From Nanobdellota archaeon (lineage in GTDB: Archaea > Nanobdellota > Nanobdellia > Pacearchaeales > GW2011-AR1), in NCBI GenBank assembly GCA_038045425.1, contig JBBSYD010000032.1, forward strand, positions 36,417 to 100,416: a stretch of DNA of 64,000 nt, read 5' to 3'. Shown piece by piece: positions 1-8,267 of the stretch. The notes below the pieces were generated by a model that was not told the origin of the DNA, searched no databases, and saw only the letters and a program-made list of their open reading frames with translations. The stretch's first letter is position 1. Each line of letters begins with the position of its first letter. A program made the position numbers and the translations under genes.

Positions 1-401
1 TTAGTTTTGTATGCTTCTTCAAGAATTTCTTTTATAAATTCATAATATTTCGTGTTTGTAACATCCTTGAATTTGACAATTTTGATAAGTTTTTTCTTTT
101 CTTCAGGCAATTTTTCTACAATTTCTTTTATTTCTTTTTCTTTTTCGTCTCCTTTTCTTAGAGCGACTTTCCATGCTCTTGTTTTGTTATATTTATCTAG
201 AACCTCTAAATTTATGGCTTGAAGTCTGTCTCCAATCACTACAATAATATCTTCTTTTGTATTTTCTAATGCCCAAAGAATATATTTTTCTATATTTTCT
301 TTTGTAAAATATTTATTTCCTAAGCTAATTCCTATCCAGATATTGAATTTTTTGGATTCGACTTCTTCCTTTGTGCAACCCAAGTAGTTTATGATTTTCA
401 T
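1..401 (-). CDS. cyclodipeptide synthase (CDPS)-like protein, N-terminal 133 aa only; the C-terminus lies beyond the window start
   Basis: Reverse-strand ORF starts at ATG 399-401 (MKIINYLGC...) and runs off position 1. The motif IWIGISLGNKYFTKEN matches the AlbC catalytic region ALIGISAGNSYFSQKN (G-x-S catalytic Ser, then N). LWA...DIIVVIGD parallels AlbC LQWA...DVVYVD. Confidence 0.55.
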   Translation of the reverse strand, partial: MKIINYLGCTKEEVESKKFNIWIGISLGNKYFTKENIEKYILWALENTKEDIIVVIGDRLQAINLEVLDKYNKTRAWKVALRKGDEKEKEIKEIVEKLPEEKKKLIKIVKFKDVTNTKYYEFIKEILEEAYKT

Positions 402-475
402 AGAGATATTATAAATTAAGAGGTTATAATATTTGCGGAGGATAAGTTTATTAGTTAATTAAAACTCTTGGAATT

Positions 476-697
476 ATGGAATTTAGTAAATGGGCAGTTG
501 TGGCTGAACTATTTTCGGGAATATGCTTTATGGTTTCGGCATTGTTTTTAAGTGGAATGACTGGGGCAGTCATTGGAACGGATTTTCAACAGAATAGAAC
601 ATATGGATTAGCGTTTTTAGTTTTGGCAGTGTCCGCGGCTTCTTTATTTATTCTCTTTAAAAGAAAGACAAGCAAAGATATTAAAACGTGGAATTAA
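476..697 (+). CDS. small membrane protein, 2 predicted TM helices
   Basis: ORF with two hydrophobic stretches. Confidence 0.4.
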   Translation: MEFSKWAVVAELFSGICFMVSALFLSGMTGAVIGTDFQQNRTYGLAFLVLAVSAASLFILFKRKTSKDIKTWN

Positions 698-707
698 TCT
701 GTTATAA

Positions 708-1613
708 ATGACTATTGGTGATTGGATATTAATATTTTTAGTTGTTGTTTGCTTGGCAGTTTCTGGATTTTTATTTTATTCTCAGATTAGTGCTAAAACT
801 ATAGAGTATAAGCAATTTGTTTCTAATGTTACTGTTAACATGACAAATAGTAGTATTCAATTTTATCCTAATATGAGATTCTCGTCTAGTGATTTAACGT
901 ATAGTCTTGATTCTGGATGTAATGAAAATAGAAAAAAGTCTGCGATTGATGCTATGAAATTATTGGAAAGTGAAATTCCAGTGACGTTTACTCTTGGGAC
1001 TGAAAATCCAGAGATTATTATTGAATGTAGTTCAGAAGAACCTGAAATTGCTGAAAAGAATCATGTAATTGCAGGAGCGGCTAAACCTAATAATATAATA
1101 AATGCAACTAAGTTTTTTGTTATAGAAAATTCTAATATTTCTTTGTATAAGGATGAAAGTTGTGATAGGCCATTGGTGGCATTGCATGAAATGTTACATG
1201 CATTTGGTTTTGACCACAATAGTAATGAAAATAGTATAATGTATCCTATAACTAGTTGTGAAGAGGAAATTGATTTGGATATTATTAATGAGTTGAAAAG
1301 ATTGTATTCGTATGCGAGTTTGCCTGATGTTGTTATTGAAAAAGTTGTTGCTAATAGTTCTGGAAGATATATTAATTTTGAGATAGAAATAGGAAATCAG
1401 GGATTGATTGATGCGAAAAATGTTCAGTTGGACATTGTGTCTTCTGGAGAGAGCGCGAAAGTTTATGAGTTAGAAGATATTGAAGTTGGAAGGAAAAAAA
1501 TACTTTCTGTTCAGAATATTAAAGTTAAAGATGCTGAAAATGTTGAATTTAGAATAATTATGAACGAAGGGGATTTGAATATGGCAGATAATACTGCTAA
1601 ATTATATTCATAA
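708..1613 (+). CDS. membrane-anchored zinc metalloprotease, metzincin-like
   Basis: N-terminal TM helix. HEMLHAFGFDH fits the extended HExxHxxGxxH zinc-binding motif and is followed by SIMYP (Met-turn). Confidence 0.7.
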   Translation: MTIGDWILIFLVVVCLAVSGFLFYSQISAKTIEYKQFVSNVTVNMTNSSIQFYPNMRFSSSDLTYSLDSGCNENRKKSAIDAMKLLESEIPVTFTLGTENPEIIIECSSEEPEIAEKNHVIAGAAKPNNIINATKFFVIENSNISLYKDESCDRPLVALHEMLHAFGFDHNSNENSIMYPITSCEEEIDLDIINELKRLYSYASLPDVVIEKVVANSSGRYINFEIEIGNQGLIDAKNVQLDIVSSGESAKVYELEDIEVGRKKILSVQNIKVKDAENVEFRIIMNEGDLNMADNTAKLYS

Positions 1614-1623
1614 GTTTATCAAA

Positions 1624-1812
1624 AGCACGATGTGCTACCTCGACTTTTAAGTCATGGTTTGTAACAAGCACTCGTGCCATCAAGGACTTCATGTCCTTGA
1701 CTGCCATCGAGAATTTCAATTCTCGAGGTTTGGATGCCAAGAAAACCTTTGGTTTTCTGGCATAGAGAAATCTAAGAAGATTTTCTATGCTCGCGAACGT
1801 TATAACGTTCGT
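1624..1812. other. array of about 7 consecutive perfect hairpins; candidate structured ncRNA or palindrome array
   Basis: gcacgatgtgc; gcactcgtgc; caaggacttcatgtccttg; tcgagaatttcaattctcga; gccaagaaaacctttggttttctggc; catagagaaatctaagaagattttctatg; cgaacgttataacgttcg. Locally raised GC. Overlapped by a minus-strand ORF that is unlikely to be coding. Confidence 0.35.
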
Positions 1813-1832
1813 GACATATAAAAGTTTAAAAA

Positions 1833-2228
1833 GTGGTTTTATTTTGGAGGTGTGTGGCAAGGGCAGATACACGATTAGCATATTATCATTCTTTAGCAGC
1901 AATTCAAAGAGGATTTAAGTCGGATGAGGACAGAAGAGAATTTGTTGCTGAATATCCGGTTATTGCAGGAGAGATATTTTATTATTTAAATGATAGAACC
2001 TTAGGTAAAATGGTTGCTAGAACTTATGCTACGCATCCACGGGCTGAAATGCGGGAGCTTGCAAAGGTTACGAAATTGGTTTTTATGGAAAGAGATAGAA
2101 TTAAGGCTATGAAAGAATCTAGCTTGAGTGTTAGTTTAAATATGAATAGTGTTCCATTGCTTTCTCTTCAAGAAGAGGGAATTGAATTGAGTGAGGAAGA
2201 GAAATTGGATCGAAGAGTTAAGTATTAA
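1833..2228 (+). CDS. hypothetical protein; start uncertain
   Basis: 131-aa ORF flanked on both sides by hairpin arrays. Confidence 0.4.
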   Translation: MVLFWRCVARADTRLAYYHSLAAIQRGFKSDEDRREFVAEYPVIAGEIFYYLNDRTLGKMVARTYATHPRAEMRELAKVTKLVFMERDRIKAMKESSLSVSLNMNSVPLLSLQEEGIELSEEEKLDRRVKY

Positions 2229-2328
2229 ATTATATTTTTTTAATGTGAATTATAACTTGGAAATTATTATTAAATAAAATAGGGATTATTATCTAAGAAG
2301 AGACATTTGTTTAATTGCAAAAGTTTTG

Positions 2329-2510
2329 AGAGAGCAAGCTTTAAACATCAAGAACAAAGTTCTTGAGTGCCTCAAGAAGTTTAATAAACTTCTTTCAGCA
2401 TCGAGGATTTTTGATCCTCGTGGCTTAAAACTTCTACAGGAAGTTTTAAACTTCAAAATCTTTTAGATTTTGAGGTCTAAAGCTTGCAGGGAGCAAGCTT
2501 TAAATATCTC
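2329..2510. other. second array of about 6 perfect hairpins, plus a 20-nt direct repeat (gagagcaagctttaaacatc / gggagcaagctttaaatatc)
   Basis: caagaacaaagttcttg; gaagtttaataaacttc; cgaggatttttgatcctcg; ggaagttttaaacttc; caaaatcttttagattttg; aaagcttgcagggagcaagcttt. Confidence 0.35.
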
Positions 2511-2535
2511 TTTAATCTTGATGATTTGAAAGAAG

Positions 2536-3039
2536 ATGCCAGAAAAAGATGTATTAATAAAAGAGAAGCTTGAGCATGTCGGTTTGTTCGACTATGGAGA
2601 GTTTTATGCTTATGCGTATAATTGGTTTAAGAATGAAAACTATAGTATAGTTGAAAATAAATATACTGAAAAAGCAGGAGGAAGTTCGAGAGATATAGAG
2701 TTTGAATGGACTGCTGGAAGTAAATTAAGTGATTACTTCAAATCTGAAATAAATTTCAAGATTGTAGTTGATGGAATGAGCGATGTAGAAGTCGAGATTG
2801 ATGGAAAGAAGAAGAAGATGAACAAGGGAAGAGTTAGAATGGAGTTCAAGGGAGTTTTGCATAGAGATATTGCTGGAAAGTATGAAAGTACTGGATTTTA
2901 CATGTTTTTAAGAGGAATTTATAATAAATATGTTATTCCTAATAGAGTTGACGTAATGGAAGACAAAGTTAAGGATGATACTCGTGACTTTAAAGAGAAA
3001 TTGAAGGCATTTCTCGAAATGAGTGGAAAGAGAAGTTAA
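2536..3039 (+). CDS. hypothetical protein
   Basis: 167-aa ORF with no recognisable motif. Confidence 0.45.
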   Translation: MPEKDVLIKEKLEHVGLFDYGEFYAYAYNWFKNENYSIVENKYTEKAGGSSRDIEFEWTAGSKLSDYFKSEINFKIVVDGMSDVEVEIDGKKKKMNKGRVRMEFKGVLHRDIAGKYESTGFYMFLRGIYNKYVIPNRVDVMEDKVKDDTRDFKEKLKAFLEMSGKRS

Positions 3040-3115
3040 TTTTTTACATAATATCTATCGTCGACAAATATCTAACCATACAAATATTTATAAAATAAAA
3101 CTATATGTGAATTGT

Positions 3116-4477
3116 ATGAAAAAGATTTTAATTTTAAGTTTAGTGTTATTACTTCTTATAAGTGGAGTTAGCGGATATACTATTTCCAAAGAAATGAAGT
3201 CGGAGGTTATTTTGGCAGAGGTTGGAAATCCAGTTGTTTTTGATTTGACTATTAATGGAGGTGCAGGAGATGATTTTGCAGAGGTTTATTCGTTATTAGG
3301 ATTAAGATTTGATCCTCAGGCAACATTTAATCTTCCTGGAAGTATTACTAAAGAAGTTAAGGCATATGCTGGAAAGGATTATTTGAATCATCCTGGAAAT
3401 TATATTGTAGATTACTATGTTAGAGGTTCTTTGGGGCAGGTAATGGATAGTTTGTCATTTAGAGTTGTTTCTTTGAAGGATGCAATTGCAATAATTCCTA
3501 GCAATTTAGGATATGATGATACTATTATAGAATTAAGCGTACAAAATACTCAAAATGCTTATATGAATGACGTAGTGTTGACTTTTGATTCTGAATTTGG
3601 TGTTTCTCAACAGAAGCTTAGTTTGGAACCATTCGGGAAAGCTAATGTAAGTATCCCTGTGGATGCAAGTAAATCTAAGAAATTATCTGCTGGAAGATAT
3701 ATTATTACTGCTTCTATTGCAATGGAAGATGCAAAAGTTAAGGTTGAAGGTGTTGTTAATTATCTTGAGAAAGAAGGAACTTCTATAGTTACTGAAAAAG
3801 ATGGATTTATCATTAGAACAACTAAGATAACTAAGAAAAATGAGGGAAATGTTCCTGTGCAAGATAAAATTGAAATAAGTAAAGACGTATTGTCTAGATT
3901 GTTTACTACTTTTTCCGATTCTTCCGATAAATCTGAAAGAAGCGGATTAGGAGTTAATTATATTTGGACTAAGCCATTGCAACCAGGAGAGTCTTGGGTT
4001 GTTTCTAGCACAACTAATTATACCTTGCCATTCTTCCTATTGCTTTTGATAGTTGTTGTAGCAGTATTGGTAAATCTCTATTCTAAGACTAATGTTGTTG
4101 TAAGTAAGCAAGTTTCATATGTTAAAACTAGAGGAGGAGAATTTGCTTTGAAAGTTAGAATTGGAGTTAAAGCAAGAAGTCATGTTGATAGAATACAGGT
4201 TATTGATAGATTGCCTGGAATGACTAAATTGTATGAGAAGTTTGGAATAAAGCCAGACAAGATTGATCCTATGACTAGAAGAATATTCTGGAATGTGTCT
4301 AGATTGCAAGCGGGAGAAGAAAGAGTGTTCTCTTATATTATTTATTCAACTGTTAATGTAGTTGGAAGATTTGAATTGCCTGCTACAACTGCAATATATG
4401 AAAAGGATGGAAAGACACATGAAGTTTTATCCAATAGAGCATTCTTTATGAGTGAGATGAGTTCGCAGGAAGAATAA
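3116..4477 (+). CDS. secreted or cell-surface protein with signal peptide and C-terminal TM anchor
   Basis: ATG at 3116 gives MKKILILSLVLLLLISGVSG (signal-like). A hydrophobic helix LPFFLLLLIVVVAVLVNLY lies near residue 330, followed by a further domain. Confidence 0.5.
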   Translation: MKKILILSLVLLLLISGVSGYTISKEMKSEVILAEVGNPVVFDLTINGGAGDDFAEVYSLLGLRFDPQATFNLPGSITKEVKAYAGKDYLNHPGNYIVDYYVRGSLGQVMDSLSFRVVSLKDAIAIIPSNLGYDDTIIELSVQNTQNAYMNDVVLTFDSEFGVSQQKLSLEPFGKANVSIPVDASKSKKLSAGRYIITASIAMEDAKVKVEGVVNYLEKEGTSIVTEKDGFIIRTTKITKKNEGNVPVQDKIEISKDVLSRLFTTFSDSSDKSERSGLGVNYIWTKPLQPGESWVVSSTTNYTLPFFLLLLIVVVAVLVNLYSKTNVVVSKQVSYVKTRGGEFALKVRIGVKARSHVDRIQVIDRLPGMTKLYEKFGIKPDKIDPMTRRIFWNVSRLQAGEERVFSYIIYSTVNVVGRFELPATTAIYEKDGKTHEVLSNRAFFMSEMSSQEE

Positions 4478-4524
4478 GATTTTTATTTCGGAATGTTTAT
4501 AAATAATATTAGTCTTTAGATTAT

Positions 4525-4728
4525 ATGCAAAATGCTGAGTCTAATTATGATTTCTATATGAGCGAGGATCTTAGTTCTTATAGTGGGGAATGGGTGGCGA
4601 TATCAAATAATAAGATAATCTCTCATGGGAAAGATGTGAGAATGGTTGCAAAAGAGGCAATGATTGTTTGCGGGAATAAGAAGTTTTTACTCTCGAAGAT
4701 TCCTTCAAATGAGACATTGATATTTTAA
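4525..4728 (+). CDS. small DUF5678-like protein, partner of the retropepsin-like protease
   Basis: 67 aa containing GEWVAISNNKIISHG. The stop is immediately followed by the protease gene. Confidence 0.45.
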   Translation: MQNAESNYDFYMSEDLSSYSGEWVAISNNKIISHGKDVRMVAKEAMIVCGNKKFLLSKIPSNETLIF

Positions 4729-4730
4729 AA

Positions 4731-5165
4731 ATGACTTTAACTTATAGGTATAAGGAAGTGTATAGAACTAATAATATTCAAACTAGGACTCCTTCCATCC
4801 CTATGACTTTGTCTGGAAAGGGGATTAAATTTGAATTTACAGTCCTTATTGATTCTGGAGCAGATATTTCGGCAATTCCAAAACAGGTGGCTGAATTATT
4901 AGGATTGGATTTATCTGGGAAAAAAGAAGAAACATTCGGAATTGGAGGTTCTGCTTCTGCAGTTTCATCTAATATTCGTATAGATTTTGGAAAAGTTCAT
5001 GAAAAATATTCTGTGGATTTACCAGTTAAAGTAATTTTATCAGATTATGATTTTCCACCATTAATTGGAAGATCTGTATTTTTTGATAAGTTTAGAATAA
5101 CTTTTGATCAAGCTAAGTTTAATATTCATTTGAAAGCTAATACTAACAATAATCTTCTTGGCTAG
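4731..5165 (+). CDS. retropepsin-like aspartic protease
   Basis: LIDSGADISAIP carries the D-S/T-G-A active-site signature and a second GIGG region. Two-gene module with the upstream small ORF. Confidence 0.65.
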   Translation: MTLTYRYKEVYRTNNIQTRTPSIPMTLSGKGIKFEFTVLIDSGADISAIPKQVAELLGLDLSGKKEETFGIGGSASAVSSNIRIDFGKVHEKYSVDLPVKVILSDYDFPPLIGRSVFFDKFRITFDQAKFNIHLKANTNNNLLG

Positions 5166-5287
5166 AATAGTTAATTATATTCGGTAAATCTATTATTTCA
5201 AACAATAACCTTTATATATATATTCCAAAATTGTGAGTTTAAACCCCGCATAGGAAAATATAAATATAGATTATTACTTGTTAATTA

Positions 5288-6094
5288 ATGCATAAAAAGA
5301 GTGAAATAATATTTAGATTAAAAGAGTTAGAAAAGGAATTAGGAAGAAGACCTGTAAAAACAGATAGTCCTTCGCTTTATACCTTGTCAAGAAAATATTT
5401 TGGTACTTGGAATAATATGATGACTGAAGCAGGATATCAATGTAAATTATTTCAAATTCCTGTAACTCCTAAAGAGATTACTTCAGATTTAAGTTATTTT
5501 TTAGGATTAATGTCTACTGATGGGCACATACAAGTAATAAAACAAAGATGGCTGTACCGTGTTATGATGTATACTAGCGAAAAAGAAGAAGTAGAAATGA
5601 TATTAAATATTATTAAAAAGTTGTTTAGTTATACTGCTTCAGTTAGAGCAAGAAAAACAGGATTTTCTAAAAGACCAAATTATGAAATATACATATCTTC
5701 TAAAAAGATTGCATTATTTTTAAATTCGTTAGGAATTCCGATAGGAGCTAAATCCTATAATCTTTTAGTTCCTAAGATGTTCTTTGAGAATAAGCAAGAA
5801 TATTTTTGGGATTATTTAAGGGGAGTCTTTGATGGAGATGGTTCAATTGTTTTTAGTAATAATAATTTTAGCTTTAAAATCTCATCTGGTTCAGTTAGAT
5901 TTCTTGAGGGAATAAATAAGATTCTTATAGAGAAAGGATTTAAGAATTTTAAGATTTCTAAACAAGATGAGTATGTTTGGATTCTAAGAACAAATATAAA
6001 GGAAAATATTAAACAACTATATTCTTGTATTTATAATAATTCTTCGTTTTTTTATCCTCGAAAACAGTTAAAATGGTCTAAGCAGTATATTTAA
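5288..6094 (+). CDS. LAGLIDADG homing endonuclease (double motif) with N-terminal HEAR-like domain
   Basis: LGLMSTDGHI and LRGVFDGDGSI are two LAGLIDADG-type motifs. N-terminal YFGTWNNMMTEAGY resembles the homing-endonuclease-associated repeat. Confidence 0.7.
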   Translation: MHKKSEIIFRLKELEKELGRRPVKTDSPSLYTLSRKYFGTWNNMMTEAGYQCKLFQIPVTPKEITSDLSYFLGLMSTDGHIQVIKQRWLYRVMMYTSEKEEVEMILNIIKKLFSYTASVRARKTGFSKRPNYEIYISSKKIALFLNSLGIPIGAKSYNLLVPKMFFENKQEYFWDYLRGVFDGDGSIVFSNNNFSFKISSGSVRFLEGINKILIEKGFKNFKISKQDEYVWILRTNIKENIKQLYSCIYNNSSFFYPRKQLKWSKQYI

Positions 6095-6111
6095 AAATGT
6101 AAGTTTTTACA

Positions 6112-6271
6112 TAATTACATACCCTCCGTAGCTCAATGGCAGAGCGCCCGGCTGTAGTTAATATAACTAGCACAGACTTTCCATATGGAAACAGGATGAA
6201 GTGCGAACAGAGCATTTTCGTTAGAAAATAGCAGAACCCGGGCTACCCAAGTTCGATTCTCGGCGGGGGGA
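6112..6271 (+). tRNA. tRNA-Tyr (anticodon GTA) with an 89-nt intron after position 37 (intron about 6148..6236)
   Basis: Acceptor ccctccg/cgggggg with C1-G72 (archaeal Tyr identity). U8A9, D-arm gctc-aatggca-gagc, anticodon arm cccgg-ctgtag[intron]c-ccggg, T-arm ccaag-ttcgatt-ctcgg (one mismatch), discriminator A. Confidence 0.7.
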
Positions 6272-6280
6272 TTTTTTACG

Positions 6281-6841
6281 ATGGTTGAAAAAATACTTAC
6301 AACTGAAAAGGAATTGGAACTTGCAGAGTATTATGCACTTAATGGAGGGTTTTCGGAAGAGTATATGAATAGATGCTTGAATAATGCTGAAGATTTGGCA
6401 AAAAAACAGGGGAAAAATATATCTCTGGAATTAAGAAGAATAAGATCTATTTGGGATGAAACTTGTCAAATTCCACAAACTCTAGATATACTGAAAAAAA
6501 TTGCAACACATAGAAAAATTGATATAAATGAAGAAATTAAAAAAGTTGAAGAAAAATTCTGGGGATATTCTTTTAATGATTTACCTGTAATTAAAATTAA
6601 TAAAAAAGAATTTCAAGTTCTTTATGCAATTGCAAGAGATGGAAGAGATAATTTAGAAAGATTAAAAGATTTGTTTGAAGGACAAGTTATTATGAAAATT
6701 CTTGATAAGTTAGAAATGTCGGGATTGATAAAAATAGAATATCGAGACAAAAAGATTTATGGGTTTATGGAAACTACAAAAGGAAATGAATTGTTAGAAA
6801 GTGAAGAATATTCTAAATGGTTTAAGGAATGTGGGGATTAA
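6281..6841 (+). CDS. hypothetical protein, possible C-terminal winged-helix domain
   Basis: 186-aa ORF ending EFQVLYAIARDGRDNLERLKDL...ILDKLEMSGLI. Confidence 0.4.
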   Translation: MVEKILTTEKELELAEYYALNGGFSEEYMNRCLNNAEDLAKKQGKNISLELRRIRSIWDETCQIPQTLDILKKIATHRKIDINEEIKKVEEKFWGYSFNDLPVIKINKKEFQVLYAIARDGRDNLERLKDLFEGQVIMKILDKLEMSGLIKIEYRDKKIYGFMETTKGNELLESEEYSKWFKECGD

Positions 6842-7660
6842 ATGAAGCTTAAAGTAATGCAGTATAATATTTTGCATGGTTTTTATAATCCTCTTCACAA
6901 TAAGGACATGTCTTTTGATTTTGAAGGTGATCGATTAATGGCTGCACAGAAAGCAGTTAAAAAAGAGAATCCTGATGTATTGGTTCTAAATGAGGCATGT
7001 TTTGCTGAAAAAAGTAGATGGAGTATTTTAATGGATTATCCGAAATTGTTTAATTATCCTCATCATTATCATGCTCCTAGCGGTTATGAATGGGGAATTT
7101 CAGTATTATCTCGTTTTCCAATAGTTGAAAGAGAGAACTATAGTCTTCCCAATTGTCCATTTGCTAGAATAACTCTTGACTTGAAAGGCTACAAGTTGGG
7201 ACTAAATGTTTTGCATCCACATCCTACTTTAACTGAAGAGGAAAAAATGAGATTTGTTCAGTCTTCATTAAGAGATATAAAACATCCTTGTTTAGTGGTT
7301 GGAGATTTTAATGCTCTATCAGATGAGGACGACTATAATTTTGATAAACTTTATAGAGGATTTTCTAACTTTGATAAGCATGCTTCAAATACTGTGAAGG
7401 AATTTAAGAAACGATTGCCTATTAGGGCTATACTTGATAAAAGACTAAGAGATACTTTTATTGTTGCTCGTAATCCATGGAATTATACAATTCCGACAGA
7501 CCATTGCTCTAAGAATAAAGATTCTGCTATGAGAATAGATTATATATTTTGTTCAAATGATATTGGAGTGAAAGATGCTTATGTAGTAAAGAATAATTTT
7601 ACTGAAAAAGCTTCGGATCATTATCCTATTGTTGCAGTATTAGATATTAAGAAGAAATAA
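6842..7660 (+). CDS. endonuclease/exonuclease/phosphatase (EEP) family protein
   Basis: Motifs VLVLNEA, VVGDFNALSDED and SDHYPIVAVLDI are characteristic of the EEP fold. Confidence 0.7.
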   Translation: MKLKVMQYNILHGFYNPLHNKDMSFDFEGDRLMAAQKAVKKENPDVLVLNEACFAEKSRWSILMDYPKLFNYPHHYHAPSGYEWGISVLSRFPIVERENYSLPNCPFARITLDLKGYKLGLNVLHPHPTLTEEEKMRFVQSSLRDIKHPCLVVGDFNALSDEDDYNFDKLYRGFSNFDKHASNTVKEFKKRLPIRAILDKRLRDTFIVARNPWNYTIPTDHCSKNKDSAMRIDYIFCSNDIGVKDAYVVKNNFTEKASDHYPIVAVLDIKKK

Positions 7661-7751
7661 AATATTCGATTTATAGATAGGGGGATTTTTTATATAAATA
7701 ATCCCTTGTTTTTTTGGCAATGTTTATTAAGTGAATTAAAGTAAATGCAAT

Positions 7752-7958
7752 ATGAAAAACGATGAATGTATAATATACCTGACAACTAAACGTGGCTCTA
7801 CTCAGATTTACCGCAGAGATAAAAAAGGTTGGACACAAAAAAGTTCAAAAGGCATAGTTCGCAGAATGACTGCAGAACAACTTTTATCTCATTTATTGCC
7901 TCCACTTGCAACTAAGAAAAAAAGTAAAGTAACTATTAAAGTAGAGAGAAAAAAGTAA
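7752..7958 (+). CDS. small basic hypothetical protein
   Basis: 68-aa K/R-rich ORF. Confidence 0.3.
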   Translation: MKNDECIIYLTTKRGSTQIYRRDKKGWTQKSSKGIVRRMTAEQLLSHLLPPLATKKKSKVTIKVERKK

Positions 7959-8267
7959 ACAATCGTTAATTAATTAAAATACAGATTTTAGCAAAATTAA
8001 TCTCCTCTTGGCAAAAGTATTTTTTAGGGTAGTTTTAAATATCCGAGTGTGTTTGAAATAGTATGAAGGACATACCTGGATTGAGTGAAGATGAGCTTTT
8101 GGGAAGAGGAATTAAAGGTAAACCCAAGAAGAAAAGGATTAAGATTATAAAAGACGATGAAGAAATTGTTGTGAGGAAATAATATTTCTAGGAGGGGAAT
8201 TTTAGAAGTAGCGAGTAATACAGCTCTGCTATATATAGCATAATTGCTTGGAAATTATGGACTTAAA

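Noticed and set aside
1620-1830. SRP RNA or RNase P RNA identity for the hairpin array
   Set aside because: I could not find the SRP domain IV motifs or the RNase P CR-I/CR-V consensus (e.g. AGGAAAGUCC). It is left as an unclassified structured element.
1597-1902. 101-aa minus-strand ORF across the upstream hairpin array
   Set aside because: The underlying DNA is a chain of perfect palindromes, which is implausible for coding sequence. More likely RNA or regulatory.
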